Below the pieces are notes generated by a model. It saw nothing but the letters and a program-made list of their open reading frames with translations. It had not been told where the DNA came from and did not search any database. Both the position numbers and the translations under genes were made by a program. Positions 50,150-58,332 of a stretch of DNA of 64,000 bases are shown here, in pieces (positions within the stretch are counted from its first letter, which is position 1; every line of letters begins with the position of its first letter). This DNA comes from an uncultured virus (IMG/VR IMGVR_UViG_3300022074_000020) (taxonomy: Duplodnaviria; Heunggongvirae; Uroviricota; Caudoviricetes; Kyanoviridae): the IMG/VR virus record IMGVR_UViG_3300022074_000020, positions 1-64,000 of that record; one strand, given 5' to 3'.

Positions 50150-51076
50150 ATGGCAATTTCCAACACTCCCGCACAGGATTATGTACAATCGGACTATAGC
50201 AACAGTGCAAGACTGAATATTAACGGTTCTGCTCAAGAGCAAAAGTTCATCGAAAACCTTATTGTAGAAACTATTGAGATTTATGGGCAAGACATTTACT
50301 ATGTTCCGAGAACGCTTGTCAACCGTGATTCGGTCTTTGGAGAAGACTCGGATTCAAAATTTGAAAGCGCGAAACCTATTAGAGCATACGTCAATAATGT
50401 TGAAGGATGGGAAGGACAAGGTGAGTTACTTAGCAAATTTGGAATCCGTATCGAAGACAAGACAACTTTTATATTCTCCCGTGAGAAATTTAAAACTGCT
50501 GTTGACGACAGTACGGTCCTTAACGTCGAAGGACGACCGAACGAAGGGGACTTAATCTGGTTTCCAGTAACTAAACACTTATTCTCAATCCAGTTTGTAG
50601 AAGCAGAGAAACCTTTCTATCAATTAGGAAAAGGATATGTTTGGGAATGTCAATGTGAACTATTCGAGTACAGCGACGAGGAAATCAATACTGGTATTGC
50701 AGATCTCGATGCTGTAGAAACTGCATTCGCAAATGCGATTACAGTTGGTCTTGTAGCAGGAGGTTCTGGTACATTTACAGCAGGTGAGACTATCACTGGT
50801 GGAACATCAAATGTAACTGCAGAGGTTAAGTCCTTTGACTCTGGTACTAGGACATTGATCGTAATCAACAGATCAGGCACCTTCCAGGTCCCTGAGACGG
50901 TCACTGGTGGCACTTCTAGTGCATCTTGGACAACTGCTACATATAATACGATTCAAAATGTCAACTCAGAGTTCGACCAGAACAACGACTTTGAGACTTT
51001 AGATAATGACATCATCGACTTTACCGAATCAAATCCATTTGGTTCAGTCGGATCTACTACTGATACTACAATCTAA
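50150..51076 (+). CDS. g14: neck protein gp14
   Basis: E.I.IYG.D.YYVPR, SKFG, RPNEGDLIWFP, PFYQLGK and CELFEYS motifs. Confidence 0.95.
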   Translation: MAISNTPAQDYVQSDYSNSARLNINGSAQEQKFIENLIVETIEIYGQDIYYVPRTLVNRDSVFGEDSDSKFESAKPIRAYVNNVEGWEGQGELLSKFGIRIEDKTTFIFSREKFKTAVDDSTVLNVEGRPNEGDLIWFPVTKHLFSIQFVEAEKPFYQLGKGYVWECQCELFEYSDEEINTGIADLDAVETAFANAITVGLVAGGSGTFTAGETITGGTSNVTAEVKSFDSGTRTLIVINRSGTFQVPETVTGGTSSASWTTATYNTIQNVNSEFDQNNDFETLDNDIIDFTESNPFGSVGSTTDTTI

Positions 51077-52110
51077 TGTTAGGAAATTATTCATACCACG
51101 AAATATTCAGAAAGACTATTGTTGCGTTTGGTACGCTATTCAACAATATCGAACTTCGTCGTCAAGATGAAGTGATGAAGGTGCCTTTGGCATATGGACC
51201 AAAAGATAAGTTCTTAGCACGTCTAGACCAAGTACCCGATCCTACAAACAAACGGGTATCAATTACCTTACCCCGTATTGGTTTTGAGATCACTGGTATC
51301 ACCTACGATTCTTCTAGAAAGGTAGCACCAACACAGAAAATTAAAATTGCAAGTACTACAGCATCAAAGAATAAAAATACTTTCATGCCTGTCCCATATA
51401 ATATTGGATTTGAGTTAGCAATCATCTCTAAGAATCAGGAAGATGGATTGCAAATTATCGAACAAATTCTACCAGTATTTCAACCTCATTATAATCTTGC
51501 AGTTAAGTTACTGCCCGAAATGAGTGAGATCAGAGATATCCCTGTTGTGTTAAACGATATTGATTATGAAGATTCATATGAGGGAGACTTCTCTACCCGT
51601 AGAGCAATCATTTATACTTTACAATTTACTGCAAAGACATACTTATACGGACCTGTTACATCAGCATCGACTATCAAGAAGTCTACTCTCGAATACTATT
51701 CAAGTACAGATGTCAACAAAGCACCAAGAGAAGTACGTTATCAAGCAACACCTATATCCTTACAGGATAGAGATGGAACTGTTGTTACTACTCTTTCTGC
51801 TGCTACAGATACAGATGATAATCTAATAGCAGTTGCTGATGCTAGTGGTATCGCTAAGTTCGATCACATCTATGTTGATACTGAACTTATGAGAGTTAGT
51901 AAGAAATCTGGTAACAATCTCACAGTAATTAGAGCACATGAAGGAACTGCTGGTGCAGCACACACTTCTGGTTCTAGTGTATTCTTAGTCAATCAAGCAG
52001 ATGCTGATCTCCTAGATAGTGACGACGACTTTGGTTTCGGTGAAATGAAGTCAGAGTTTACAGATAATAAGAAACGAAACTTCGTAAGTGGTAATGATGA
52101 GGCAATTTAA
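51076..52110 (+). CDS. g15: tail terminator / sheath stabiliser gp15
   Basis: FGTLFNNI, VPLAYGPK.KF, LPRIGFE, QIIEQILP.FQP and YLYGP motifs. Confidence 0.95.
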   Translation: MLGNYSYHEIFRKTIVAFGTLFNNIELRRQDEVMKVPLAYGPKDKFLARLDQVPDPTNKRVSITLPRIGFEITGITYDSSRKVAPTQKIKIASTTASKNKNTFMPVPYNIGFELAIISKNQEDGLQIIEQILPVFQPHYNLAVKLLPEMSEIRDIPVVLNDIDYEDSYEGDFSTRRAIIYTLQFTAKTYLYGPVTSASTIKKSTLEYYSSTDVNKAPREVRYQATPISLQDRDGTVVTTLSAATDTDDNLIAVADASGIAKFDHIYVDTELMRVSKKSGNNLTVIRAHEGTAGAAHTSGSSVFLVNQADADLLDSDDDFGFGEMKSEFTDNKKRNFVSGNDEAI

Positions 52111-52538
52111 TGGCAGATCCCTTCAGTGGTTTGAATGAAACGTTCGGAGCAGAACCCTCTGAACTACAGAAACATGTTGAAAATGTAAAACCAACTCTTA
52201 AGAAAACAGATTCTCAAGATGTAAAGCAGGACTATGAAATTAGTCGTGCTCAACTACATAATCTTGTAATGAAAGGACAGGAGGCAGTAGATGGAATACT
52301 TGATGTGGCACGAGCGTCAGATCATCCTCGTGCTTATGAGGTGGCAGGGCAACTCATCAAGAATGTGGGAGATGTAGCAGACAAGTTAATTGATCTTCAA
52401 AAAAAGATGAAAGAACTTGATGATGATCAAACTAAGATTACAAACAATACTACTAATGCCTTGTTCGTTGGTAGCACTGCTGAGTTACAGAAAATGTTAA
52501 AGCAGCAAAAAGAGATAAATAAAAAGGACACGAAATAA
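52110..52538 (+). CDS. g16: terminase small subunit gp16
   Basis: DYE.SR, A..SDHPRAYEV and FVGSTAEL motifs. Confidence 0.95.
   Translation: MADPFSGLNETFGAEPSELQKHVENVKPTLKKTDSQDVKQDYEISRAQLHNLVMKGQEAVDGILDVARASDHPRAYEVAGQLIKNVGDVADKLIDLQKKMKELDDDQTKITNNTTNALFVGSTAELQKMLKQQKEINKKDTK
52515..52521 (+). promoter_or_regulatory. T4-type late promoter
   Basis: ATAAATA at the end of g16, ~30 nt upstream of the next ATG. Confidence 0.65.
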
Positions 52539-52550
52539 CACGACACGACA

Positions 52551-53090
52551 ATGCCCGTATTAAAAGTATTGAGTACTAACGCTATTGCAGGATCTGCAAC
52601 TGAATATCAAGTAGTACAAACAGGATATTATAGAGTGCTTGCCACTGCTGCAGCATCTACAGTATCATTTAATGGTGGACCTGCTATCACACTGGTACAA
52701 AACGAAGCACTCCTCCTTAAATCAGGAGCAAAACCTGGTCAAGCAAGAATTACTAAAGCAGTAGATGATAGTACTGCTGATTATCAACTTGGAGTTAACC
52801 TTGGTGAGATGACAAATACTCATCCATTCTCTGTTGATGATTTCATCGCTGTAGAAGATGATTCTACATCTCCTGCAATCAACTCAAACTTCCTATCTGC
52901 AGGAACAGTAGGTAAGAAAGTTACTGCTGTAACTCCTAACAGTATTAGTACTGATGTTGATTCATCTAGTGCACCTGCTGATTACAGTTACGCATACTCT
53001 GGTAAGCAAGCAGTGGTCAAGCGTGCAGTTGGAATCACTGCAGGTTCTGGCGCAATCGTCGTTGAGGAAATCCAAGTAGTCGGAGGTTAA
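52551..53090 (+). CDS. hypothetical protein (possibly virion-associated)
   Basis: Beta-rich ORF behind a late promoter. Confidence 0.75.
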   Translation: MPVLKVLSTNAIAGSATEYQVVQTGYYRVLATAAASTVSFNGGPAITLVQNEALLLKSGAKPGQARITKAVDDSTADYQLGVNLGEMTNTHPFSVDDFIAVEDDSTSPAINSNFLSAGTVGKKVTAVTPNSISTDVDSSSAPADYSYAYSGKQAVVKRAVGITAGSGAIVVEEIQVVGG

Positions 53091-53091
53091 C

Positions 53092-53757
53092 GTGGCAACG
53101 GTTAATCAAGAGGCAGAACGTATTGTTCGTGGAATGAAAAAGAACCAACATAGGTTCAAAAAACTCTACGGAAAACGTGACAAAGAAGTTATGTACGCTA
53201 CTGCAAACAAACTTGCACAAAAAGAACAATTGAAAGTTATGTATTACAAAGATTTTATTAACATTGTAGAAGGCAATCCCACTACTAGAATGCTAACCAA
53301 GTCTAAGACACAACAGACTGGAAACATTTCTGCTGACAGAGGAACCGATGAAAAGAAAAATAGAGCAAGTAGAAAAGGACTTGAGAAAGACCTTAAAAAG
53401 AAAGGCATCGGTTACAAAAAGGGTGTCGGTGAGTATAAATATTCCTCAGGCGAAGGCACAGGACGTGAGGTTTCATACCAAACAAGTCCTGGCAAAGGAA
53501 TGTCGAAGCGTCGTTTCGGCAAAGTCATGCGTCGTCTCGGTAGAAAGCATGGTCAGGAATCTGTAATCACTAAAGATAAGGACAAACCTGCAAGACTGCA
53601 TGATACCGAATCTAAGAAGGGTAAAGAATATAAGTCTTTCGCTTTAGGTAAATCTAAGGCAGGAAAGAATCCTTCTGGTCAAGGAGAAACTTCTGGAACT
53701 AAAGTCAGAAGTGGAAAACTTGGAAAAACTAACAAACCTGCAATGCATTATAACTAA
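53092..53757 (+). CDS. basic hypothetical protein (GTG start)
   Basis: GGAGG RBS upstream; Lys/Arg-rich; SADRG...L..DL...G...LG.K.GQESV segment. Confidence 0.8.
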   Translation: MATVNQEAERIVRGMKKNQHRFKKLYGKRDKEVMYATANKLAQKEQLKVMYYKDFINIVEGNPTTRMLTKSKTQQTGNISADRGTDEKKNRASRKGLEKDLKKKGIGYKKGVGEYKYSSGEGTGREVSYQTSPGKGMSKRRFGKVMRRLGRKHGQESVITKDKDKPARLHDTESKKGKEYKSFALGKSKAGKNPSGQGETSGTKVRSGKLGKTNKPAMHYN

Positions 53758-53759
53758 TC

Positions 53760-55076
53760 ATGAAATGTGCACCTGCCACTAAAGGAGAAAAAAGATACTG
53801 CAGACTATGCAGTAAGAAAGAAACACGCAATCAGTGTGCCTATGGTGGTAGGATGTGGGATAGATACGCAGTAAAAGATGCATCTAAAGAAGAAACAGAA
53901 TCAGCAGCAGAAGAATCAGGTATCACTAATGGGTCTTCTGAAGGAGGCGAAGGAGTCTCCGAAGGCACGAAGAGTGGTGATAGTTCTTTGCGTGACTGGT
54001 TTTCTAAGAGTCGCTCTAGTGATGGGAAGCCTGGTTGGGTTCAACTCGGTGGTAAATACGCAGGGAAACCCTGTGCCAAACAACCTGGACAGACAACAAA
54101 ACCTAAATGCGGTTCCAGTAAAATGAAAAAGAACCTAAATAAAGATGAGGAAGACTCAGCGTTTCGTCGCAAACAAAAGCAAGATCCTAACCCAAACAGA
54201 AAAGGAAAAGCAATTAACGTGAAAACAGAATCTACACAAATACATGAAGGCGAAAAAGACGCATGTTACACTAAAGTAAAATCTCGTTATTCAGTTTGGC
54301 CAAGTGCTTATGCAAGCGGTGCACTTGTCAAATGCCGAAAAGTTGGTGCAAAGAATTGGGGAAACAAGAGTAAGAAAGAAGAGTTTGAAGGACTCAAAAC
54401 TTTCTCTGAGTTTCAAGCAGAATGTTGGAAGACACACAAAAAAGTTGGTATGAAAATGAAGGGTGGTAAGTTAGTACCTGACTGTCGCCCTAAGAATGAA
54501 GAAGTTCAAGTTGATGAAGCAAAGGTAGATAAAGGACGTAGCGATTACGGTAAAGCATCTATCAGAAACTACAGGAGAAGTGGACCTGGACATGATGATC
54601 CTGGTATGTTTGACCCTGAAGGTAAAAGGGGAAAGACTATCGAGAAACGTAGAGAAGAGCACAAAGCACGTCGTGGTGTGAAAGGTGCTAAGGTCCCTGC
54701 ATATAAGAGAGAAGAAACTTCCTTTGAAGAAGCGAAAAAGTGTTGGAAAGGTTATGAGAAAAAAGGCACTCAAAAACTTTTTGGTAAAACGTACAACCGC
54801 TGCGCTAAAAAAGAGGAGACATCACATGTCGAAGAAGGAGCAGCATGGACAAAAAAATCAGGAAAGAACTCCGAAGGAGGACTTAACGAAAAAGGACGAA
54901 AGTCTTATGAAAAGGAAAATCCAGGATCTGACCTTAAAGCACCTTCAAAAAAGGTTGGAAATCCCAGACGGGCATCCTTCTGTGCAAGAATGAAAGGTAT
55001 GAGAAAGAGACAGAAACCATCTAATAATACAGGCGACGATAGACTATCTAAGTCACTACGAGCATGGAATTGCTAA
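53760..55076 (+). CDS. basic modular protein, candidate capsid-internal polyprotein
   Basis: Lys/Cys/Trp-rich modules separated by acidic linkers; WPSAYASG and RRASFCARM motifs. Confidence 0.8.
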   Translation: MKCAPATKGEKRYCRLCSKKETRNQCAYGGRMWDRYAVKDASKEETESAAEESGITNGSSEGGEGVSEGTKSGDSSLRDWFSKSRSSDGKPGWVQLGGKYAGKPCAKQPGQTTKPKCGSSKMKKNLNKDEEDSAFRRKQKQDPNPNRKGKAINVKTESTQIHEGEKDACYTKVKSRYSVWPSAYASGALVKCRKVGAKNWGNKSKKEEFEGLKTFSEFQAECWKTHKKVGMKMKGGKLVPDCRPKNEEVQVDEAKVDKGRSDYGKASIRNYRRSGPGHDDPGMFDPEGKRGKTIEKRREEHKARRGVKGAKVPAYKREETSFEEAKKCWKGYEKKGTQKLFGKTYNRCAKKEETSHVEEGAAWTKKSGKNSEGGLNEKGRKSYEKENPGSDLKAPSKKVGNPRRASFCARMKGMRKRQKPSNNTGDDRLSKSLRAWNC

Positions 55077-55201
55077 AACGTTTTCTTGCATGGGATAGAG
55101 ACCTTGCTAAGAAATGGCAGAAGAAACTTAAATTATCTGACTATCAAATGCTTTGGTTAGCATTTGCTAAAGGGTTGCTCATAGGAGCAATCTTGCTATA
55201 A
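55064..55201 (+). CDS. small membrane protein (45 aa), Prochlorococcus-type
   Basis: Read manually: MELLKRFLAWDRDLAKKWQKKLKLSDYQMLWLAFAKGLLIGAILL; C-terminal hydrophobic segment. Confidence 0.65.
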   Translation: MELLKRFLAWDRDLAKKWQKKLKLSDYQMLWLAFAKGLLIGAILL

Positions 55202-55204
55202 TTA

Positions 55205-55211
55205 ATAAATA
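55205..55211 (+). promoter_or_regulatory. T4-type late promoter
   Basis: Intergenic ATAAATA. Confidence 0.65.
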
Positions 55212-55236
55212 ATACTATAACAACGCATATCAATTT

Positions 55237-55482
55237 ATGGACTCTTTCAGTGCAAAAGAGTGTCCCCAGTGTAATGCCAAATGGATGGGTGAACAACTCT
55301 ACTGGTCAACTGGAGCAGAAGGATGCCCTCATGATCTAGCAGGTCTAGTGTGCAATGACTATGGTGATGAAAGATGCATCAACCCATGCAAAGGTTCTAC
55401 AAGCGGACAGACATGGGAATTTCGTCGTGGAATGATTGCAGGATTGATGCAAGAACATGACAGGAAATCCGAACAAGACTAA
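55237..55482 (+). CDS. Cys-rich hypothetical protein
   Basis: CPQC...W..G....DLAGLVC.....CINP. Confidence 0.75.
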   Translation: MDSFSAKECPQCNAKWMGEQLYWSTGAEGCPHDLAGLVCNDYGDERCINPCKGSTSGQTWEFRRGMIAGLMQEHDRKSEQD

Positions 55483-55503
55483 GTGTAAATACTCAATTTA
55501 CTT

Positions 55504-55511
55504 TATAAATA
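55504..55511 (+). promoter_or_regulatory. T4 late promoter upstream of the ptoX unit
   Basis: Exact intergenic TATAAATA. Confidence 0.75.
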
Positions 55512-55537
55512 GTTACGTCATTTGAACATTTGAAACA

Positions 55538-55633
55538 GTGGAAAGACATACAATTGTATCAGCAAGTATCATCTTTGGTATCATTGGGATTTCTCTAGTT
55601 AAACTAGTACCACTAGCATACGCGATTGGATGA
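55538..55633 (+). CDS. small hydrophobic peptide (31 aa, GTG start)
   Basis: Read manually: MERHTIVSASIIFGIIGISLVKLVPLAYAIG; ATGA overlap with the ptoX start. Confidence 0.5.
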   Translation: MERHTIVSASIIFGIIGISLVKLVPLAYAIG

Positions 55634-56139
55634 AAACATTTAACAACTTAATACTATCTCTCACTGTGGCAGTCATCGACTTCCTCTATCGGGGGAGAGA
55701 CATACCTAGATTTTGGGTGCTTGAGGAAATTGCTCGTGCACCCTATTTTTCTTTTATGAGTGTGTTGCATTTCCGTGAGTCATTAGGTCTCAGGGGTCCA
55801 GAGCACATCTATCTAATGAAAGAACATTTCGCTCAAACTCTCAACGAAACAGAACATCTTGAAGAGATGGAATCTCGTGGTGGAAACAAGCACTGGGTTG
55901 ATCGAGCATTTGCTAGACACTTAGTGTTACTTTACTACTGGATCATGGTTGTTTATTATGCCATCTCTCCAGTTAACGCATACCACATTAACGAACAAAT
56001 CGAACATCATGCTGCCGAGACTTATAACAAGTACTTGACAATGTATCCTGATGATGCTAAGATAGTAGCGATTCGTGACGATGAACTGAAACACGCAGAA
56101 GAACTTCGTCAGGCAATGAAACTGGTATTAGCATTATGA
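55630..56139 (+). CDS. ptoX: plastoquinol terminal oxidase (PTOX, alternative oxidase family)
   Basis: RFWVLEEIARAPYF, NETEHL, EQIEHHA and DDELKH di-iron ligand motifs. Confidence 0.95.
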   Translation: MKTFNNLILSLTVAVIDFLYRGRDIPRFWVLEEIARAPYFSFMSVLHFRESLGLRGPEHIYLMKEHFAQTLNETEHLEEMESRGGNKHWVDRAFARHLVLLYYWIMVVYYAISPVNAYHINEQIEHHAAETYNKYLTMYPDDAKIVAIRDDELKHAEELRQAMKLVLAL

Positions 56140-56375
56140 AAATGAGACCTAAAGAAACTGAAAACCCAGAACAGTTACTAGCACGTTTTGATAAACGTAT
56201 CAAACAACTGACTGCAAGAAAGGATGAATTGCAAGGGTGGTTTGATGAGTACGTCAAACTTGAAAAAGACTTACAAAGACTACAGGGATCTGTAGATGCT
56301 GTTACCTATATTTCTACTGGTGCTTTGCCAGGAGATGGTAACCATACTGGTATGCAAGACCACAAACCAAAATAA
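56136..56375 (+). CDS. hypothetical coiled-coil protein
   Basis: ATGA overlap with the ptoX stop. Confidence 0.75.
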   Translation: MKMRPKETENPEQLLARFDKRIKQLTARKDELQGWFDEYVKLEKDLQRLQGSVDAVTYISTGALPGDGNHTGMQDHKPK

Positions 56376-56378
56376 ATA
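56372..56378 (+). promoter_or_regulatory. T4-type late promoter
   Basis: ATAAATA over a stop codon, followed by an AAGGAG RBS and ATG 56401. Confidence 0.7.
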
Positions 56379-56400
56379 ATACACTATATCAAGGAGAGTT

Positions 56401-56574
56401 ATGCACCACTACACAGTAGGTTGGCATGACAACCAACAGCATCATTTTGAAATTTGTGAGTATGCCGAAGATGCTTTCAATGCTTTAAGACAAGCAAAGG
56501 AAGACATCCCATCTTTTAAAAATACGCACATGGCAGAATATTGCATTAAAGAGGATGATATTAAAACCCCTTGA
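56401..56574 (+). CDS. small His-rich hypothetical protein (57 aa)
   Basis: Read manually: MHHYTVGWHDNQQHHFEICEYAEDAFNALRQAKEDIP...; strong RBS. Confidence 0.75.
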   Translation: MHHYTVGWHDNQQHHFEICEYAEDAFNALRQAKEDIPSFKNTHMAEYCIKEDDIKTP

Positions 56575-56761
56575 GCATCAAAGTGATCCTGTTTGGTCCG
56601 TAATTATCATGCTTATCATACTCCTCATTGGAGTATCTTGGTACATCTACTATATACTAAGAATGTCCTTTAAGGAGTTACAGAACGATGGGAGCGATGA
56701 TACCCCCAAGCAGGAAGAGTTGTTACAACTTTCGAGTGACGGAGATAAACCGTGTTCTTGA
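56555..56761 (+). CDS. small membrane protein
   Basis: One hydrophobic segment VWSVIIMLIILLIGVSWYIYYIL; GAGG upstream. Confidence 0.65.
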   Translation: MILKPLEHQSDPVWSVIIMLIILLIGVSWYIYYILRMSFKELQNDGSDDTPKQEELLQLSSDGDKPCS

Positions 56762-57146
56762 CGGTGATACTATTGACGTCACCATTGATCTTGGGTTTGA
56801 CTTATACAAGAAAGAAAGAGTTAGAATTGCAGGAGTTGATACACCTGAAAAAAGGACACGAGATCTCGAAGAAAAAGCGTTGGGTATCGACGCAACTAAC
56901 TGGCTTAAGGAGAAACTTGAGGGGGCAATAGAAGGCGACGAAGAACTTTCAATTAGAACAGAACTTAAAGGAGGTGTCGGTAAATATGGCAGACTCCTAG
57001 GATGGTTATATATTGGTGATGCACAAATGTCTCTCAATGAGGCAATGATTGATGAAGGTTATGCTTGGGAGTATGATGGTGGCACAAAACAAAAGAACTT
57101 TGATGACCTTAGGGAAATTAGAAGACAGAGAGGGACTCTGCTCTGA
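56688..57146 (+). CDS. thermonuclease (SNase-like) family endonuclease
   Basis: RVLDGDT, RVRIAGVDTPE, KYGRLLG and N..MI.EGYA motifs; AAGGAG RBS. Confidence 0.9.
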   Translation: MGAMIPPSRKSCYNFRVTEINRVLDGDTIDVTIDLGFDLYKKERVRIAGVDTPEKRTRDLEEKALGIDATNWLKEKLEGAIEGDEELSIRTELKGGVGKYGRLLGWLYIGDAQMSLNEAMIDEGYAWEYDGGTKQKNFDDLREIRRQRGTLL

Positions 57147-57807
57147 TTTAGATATTCTTATTAGAGCAGCAACTATAGGTCTACCTGAATGTAATGAAGA
57201 GTTTGCCACTGAATACTCAGAGGTTCATAGAGATGGTGTCTCCATTTACAATCGTATGTGGAATTGTAGAGGACTGAGAAGAATACATTTAGAAAGAGCA
57301 ATCACACCTAAGGTAGAGATACTTCATGCAGTCTTTTGGCCAGATCCAAACTACAATCTACCTATCTTTGGGTGTGATATTGTAAGTGCAGGTGGCAATA
57401 TAACTGCTGCTATTGTAGATATCTCTCCTGTTCGTGGCACAGAAGATATGTACGAAAAGATTGCTGAGGCAAGTAATCGCTATAAATTTAGTAATGTCAG
57501 GCATTTACCAGAATGGGGAGATGTGTTTTCACCTTACTGCAAGTTTCAGAAATTGAAGACAAGTGACGATAGATACAACTTTTATGCCTGCTGCAAAGAA
57601 TACATACAGATATACACTCAAATGGTTCGGGAATCTGATGGAGACATTGAATGGATTGATATCATGAAACGATATGATGATCAAGCATACTATGTTAGTC
57701 AACAAAGAAGAAATACCAAAACTAAAGCAGTGTTAAGTCAGTGGTTTGATGATGTTTGGGCGGACACCTATATAGAGCAGGTACTATTTGATAAACCAAA
57801 GTTATGA
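57049..57807 (+). CDS. pcyA: phycocyanobilin:ferredoxin oxidoreductase (ferredoxin-dependent bilin reductase); start codon uncertain
   Basis: RRIHLE, ILH.V..P...Y.LPIFGCD, AAIVD.SP, R.LPEWG..FS and QQ..N.KT..VL...F...W...YI..VLFD motifs. Confidence 0.88.
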   Translation: MMKVMLGSMMVAQNKRTLMTLGKLEDREGLCSDLDILIRAATIGLPECNEEFATEYSEVHRDGVSIYNRMWNCRGLRRIHLERAITPKVEILHAVFWPDPNYNLPIFGCDIVSAGGNITAAIVDISPVRGTEDMYEKIAEASNRYKFSNVRHLPEWGDVFSPYCKFQKLKTSDDRYNFYACCKEYIQIYTQMVRESDGDIEWIDIMKRYDDQAYYVSQQRRNTKTKAVLSQWFDDVWADTYIEQVLFDKPKL

Positions 57808-58019
57808 GAGAGCAGTTAATTCGTGCACTTATTGCTCATGCACAAGGAGACATCCAAAAGCATAAAGCAAATGTGGAAGTATACCTTACTCATCCAGTAG
57901 GTATTGGTGAGCACTCAAACATCGTTGAAGCAATCGAACAAGAACTTGATATGATTGCTAAGTATCAAGACCAGATTGACGTTATTAACAAATACTTTAA
58001 CAAAAAATCCGATCAATGA
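57804..58019 (+). CDS. conserved hypothetical protein
   Basis: ATGA coupling; NVEVYL..PVGIGEHS motif. Confidence 0.8.
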   Translation: MREQLIRALIAHAQGDIQKHKANVEVYLTHPVGIGEHSNIVEAIEQELDMIAKYQDQIDVINKYFNKKSDQ

Positions 58020-58240
58020 TAGACGACCATCCAGATTTTGATGAGATAGATGATCATGATTATCATCTAAAACTATATCATCAAGATCTTAGACTACTAC
58101 ACAGTTGTGTAGAAAAATCTATTCAGTCTTGGCCAGGCGGTGATCCTAGAGAACAAGAAGCAATGTTTGTGATGCGAGATATTTTATATAAAGGTTTATT
58201 GGAACACCAATATCACCAGTTGAATGTAGACAGAGACTAA
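58016..58240 (+). CDS. hypothetical protein
   Basis: ATGA coupling; WPGGDP.EQE motif. Confidence 0.8.
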   Translation: MIDDHPDFDEIDDHDYHLKLYHQDLRLLHSCVEKSIQSWPGGDPREQEAMFVMRDILYKGLLEHQYHQLNVDRD

Positions 58241-58332
58241 TGGAACTACTAATCGGAACAGCATGTTTTGGTGCATTTACCTTTTGGGGTGTATGTGTTG
58301 CCAAATACCTTGATGCAAGAGAGAACAACTAA
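58240..58332 (+). CDS. micro-ORF (30 aa hydrophobic peptide)
   Basis: Read manually: MELLIGTACFGAFTFWGVCVAKYLDARENN; TAATG-coupled at both ends. Confidence 0.6.
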   Translation: MELLIGTACFGAFTFWGVCVAKYLDARENN

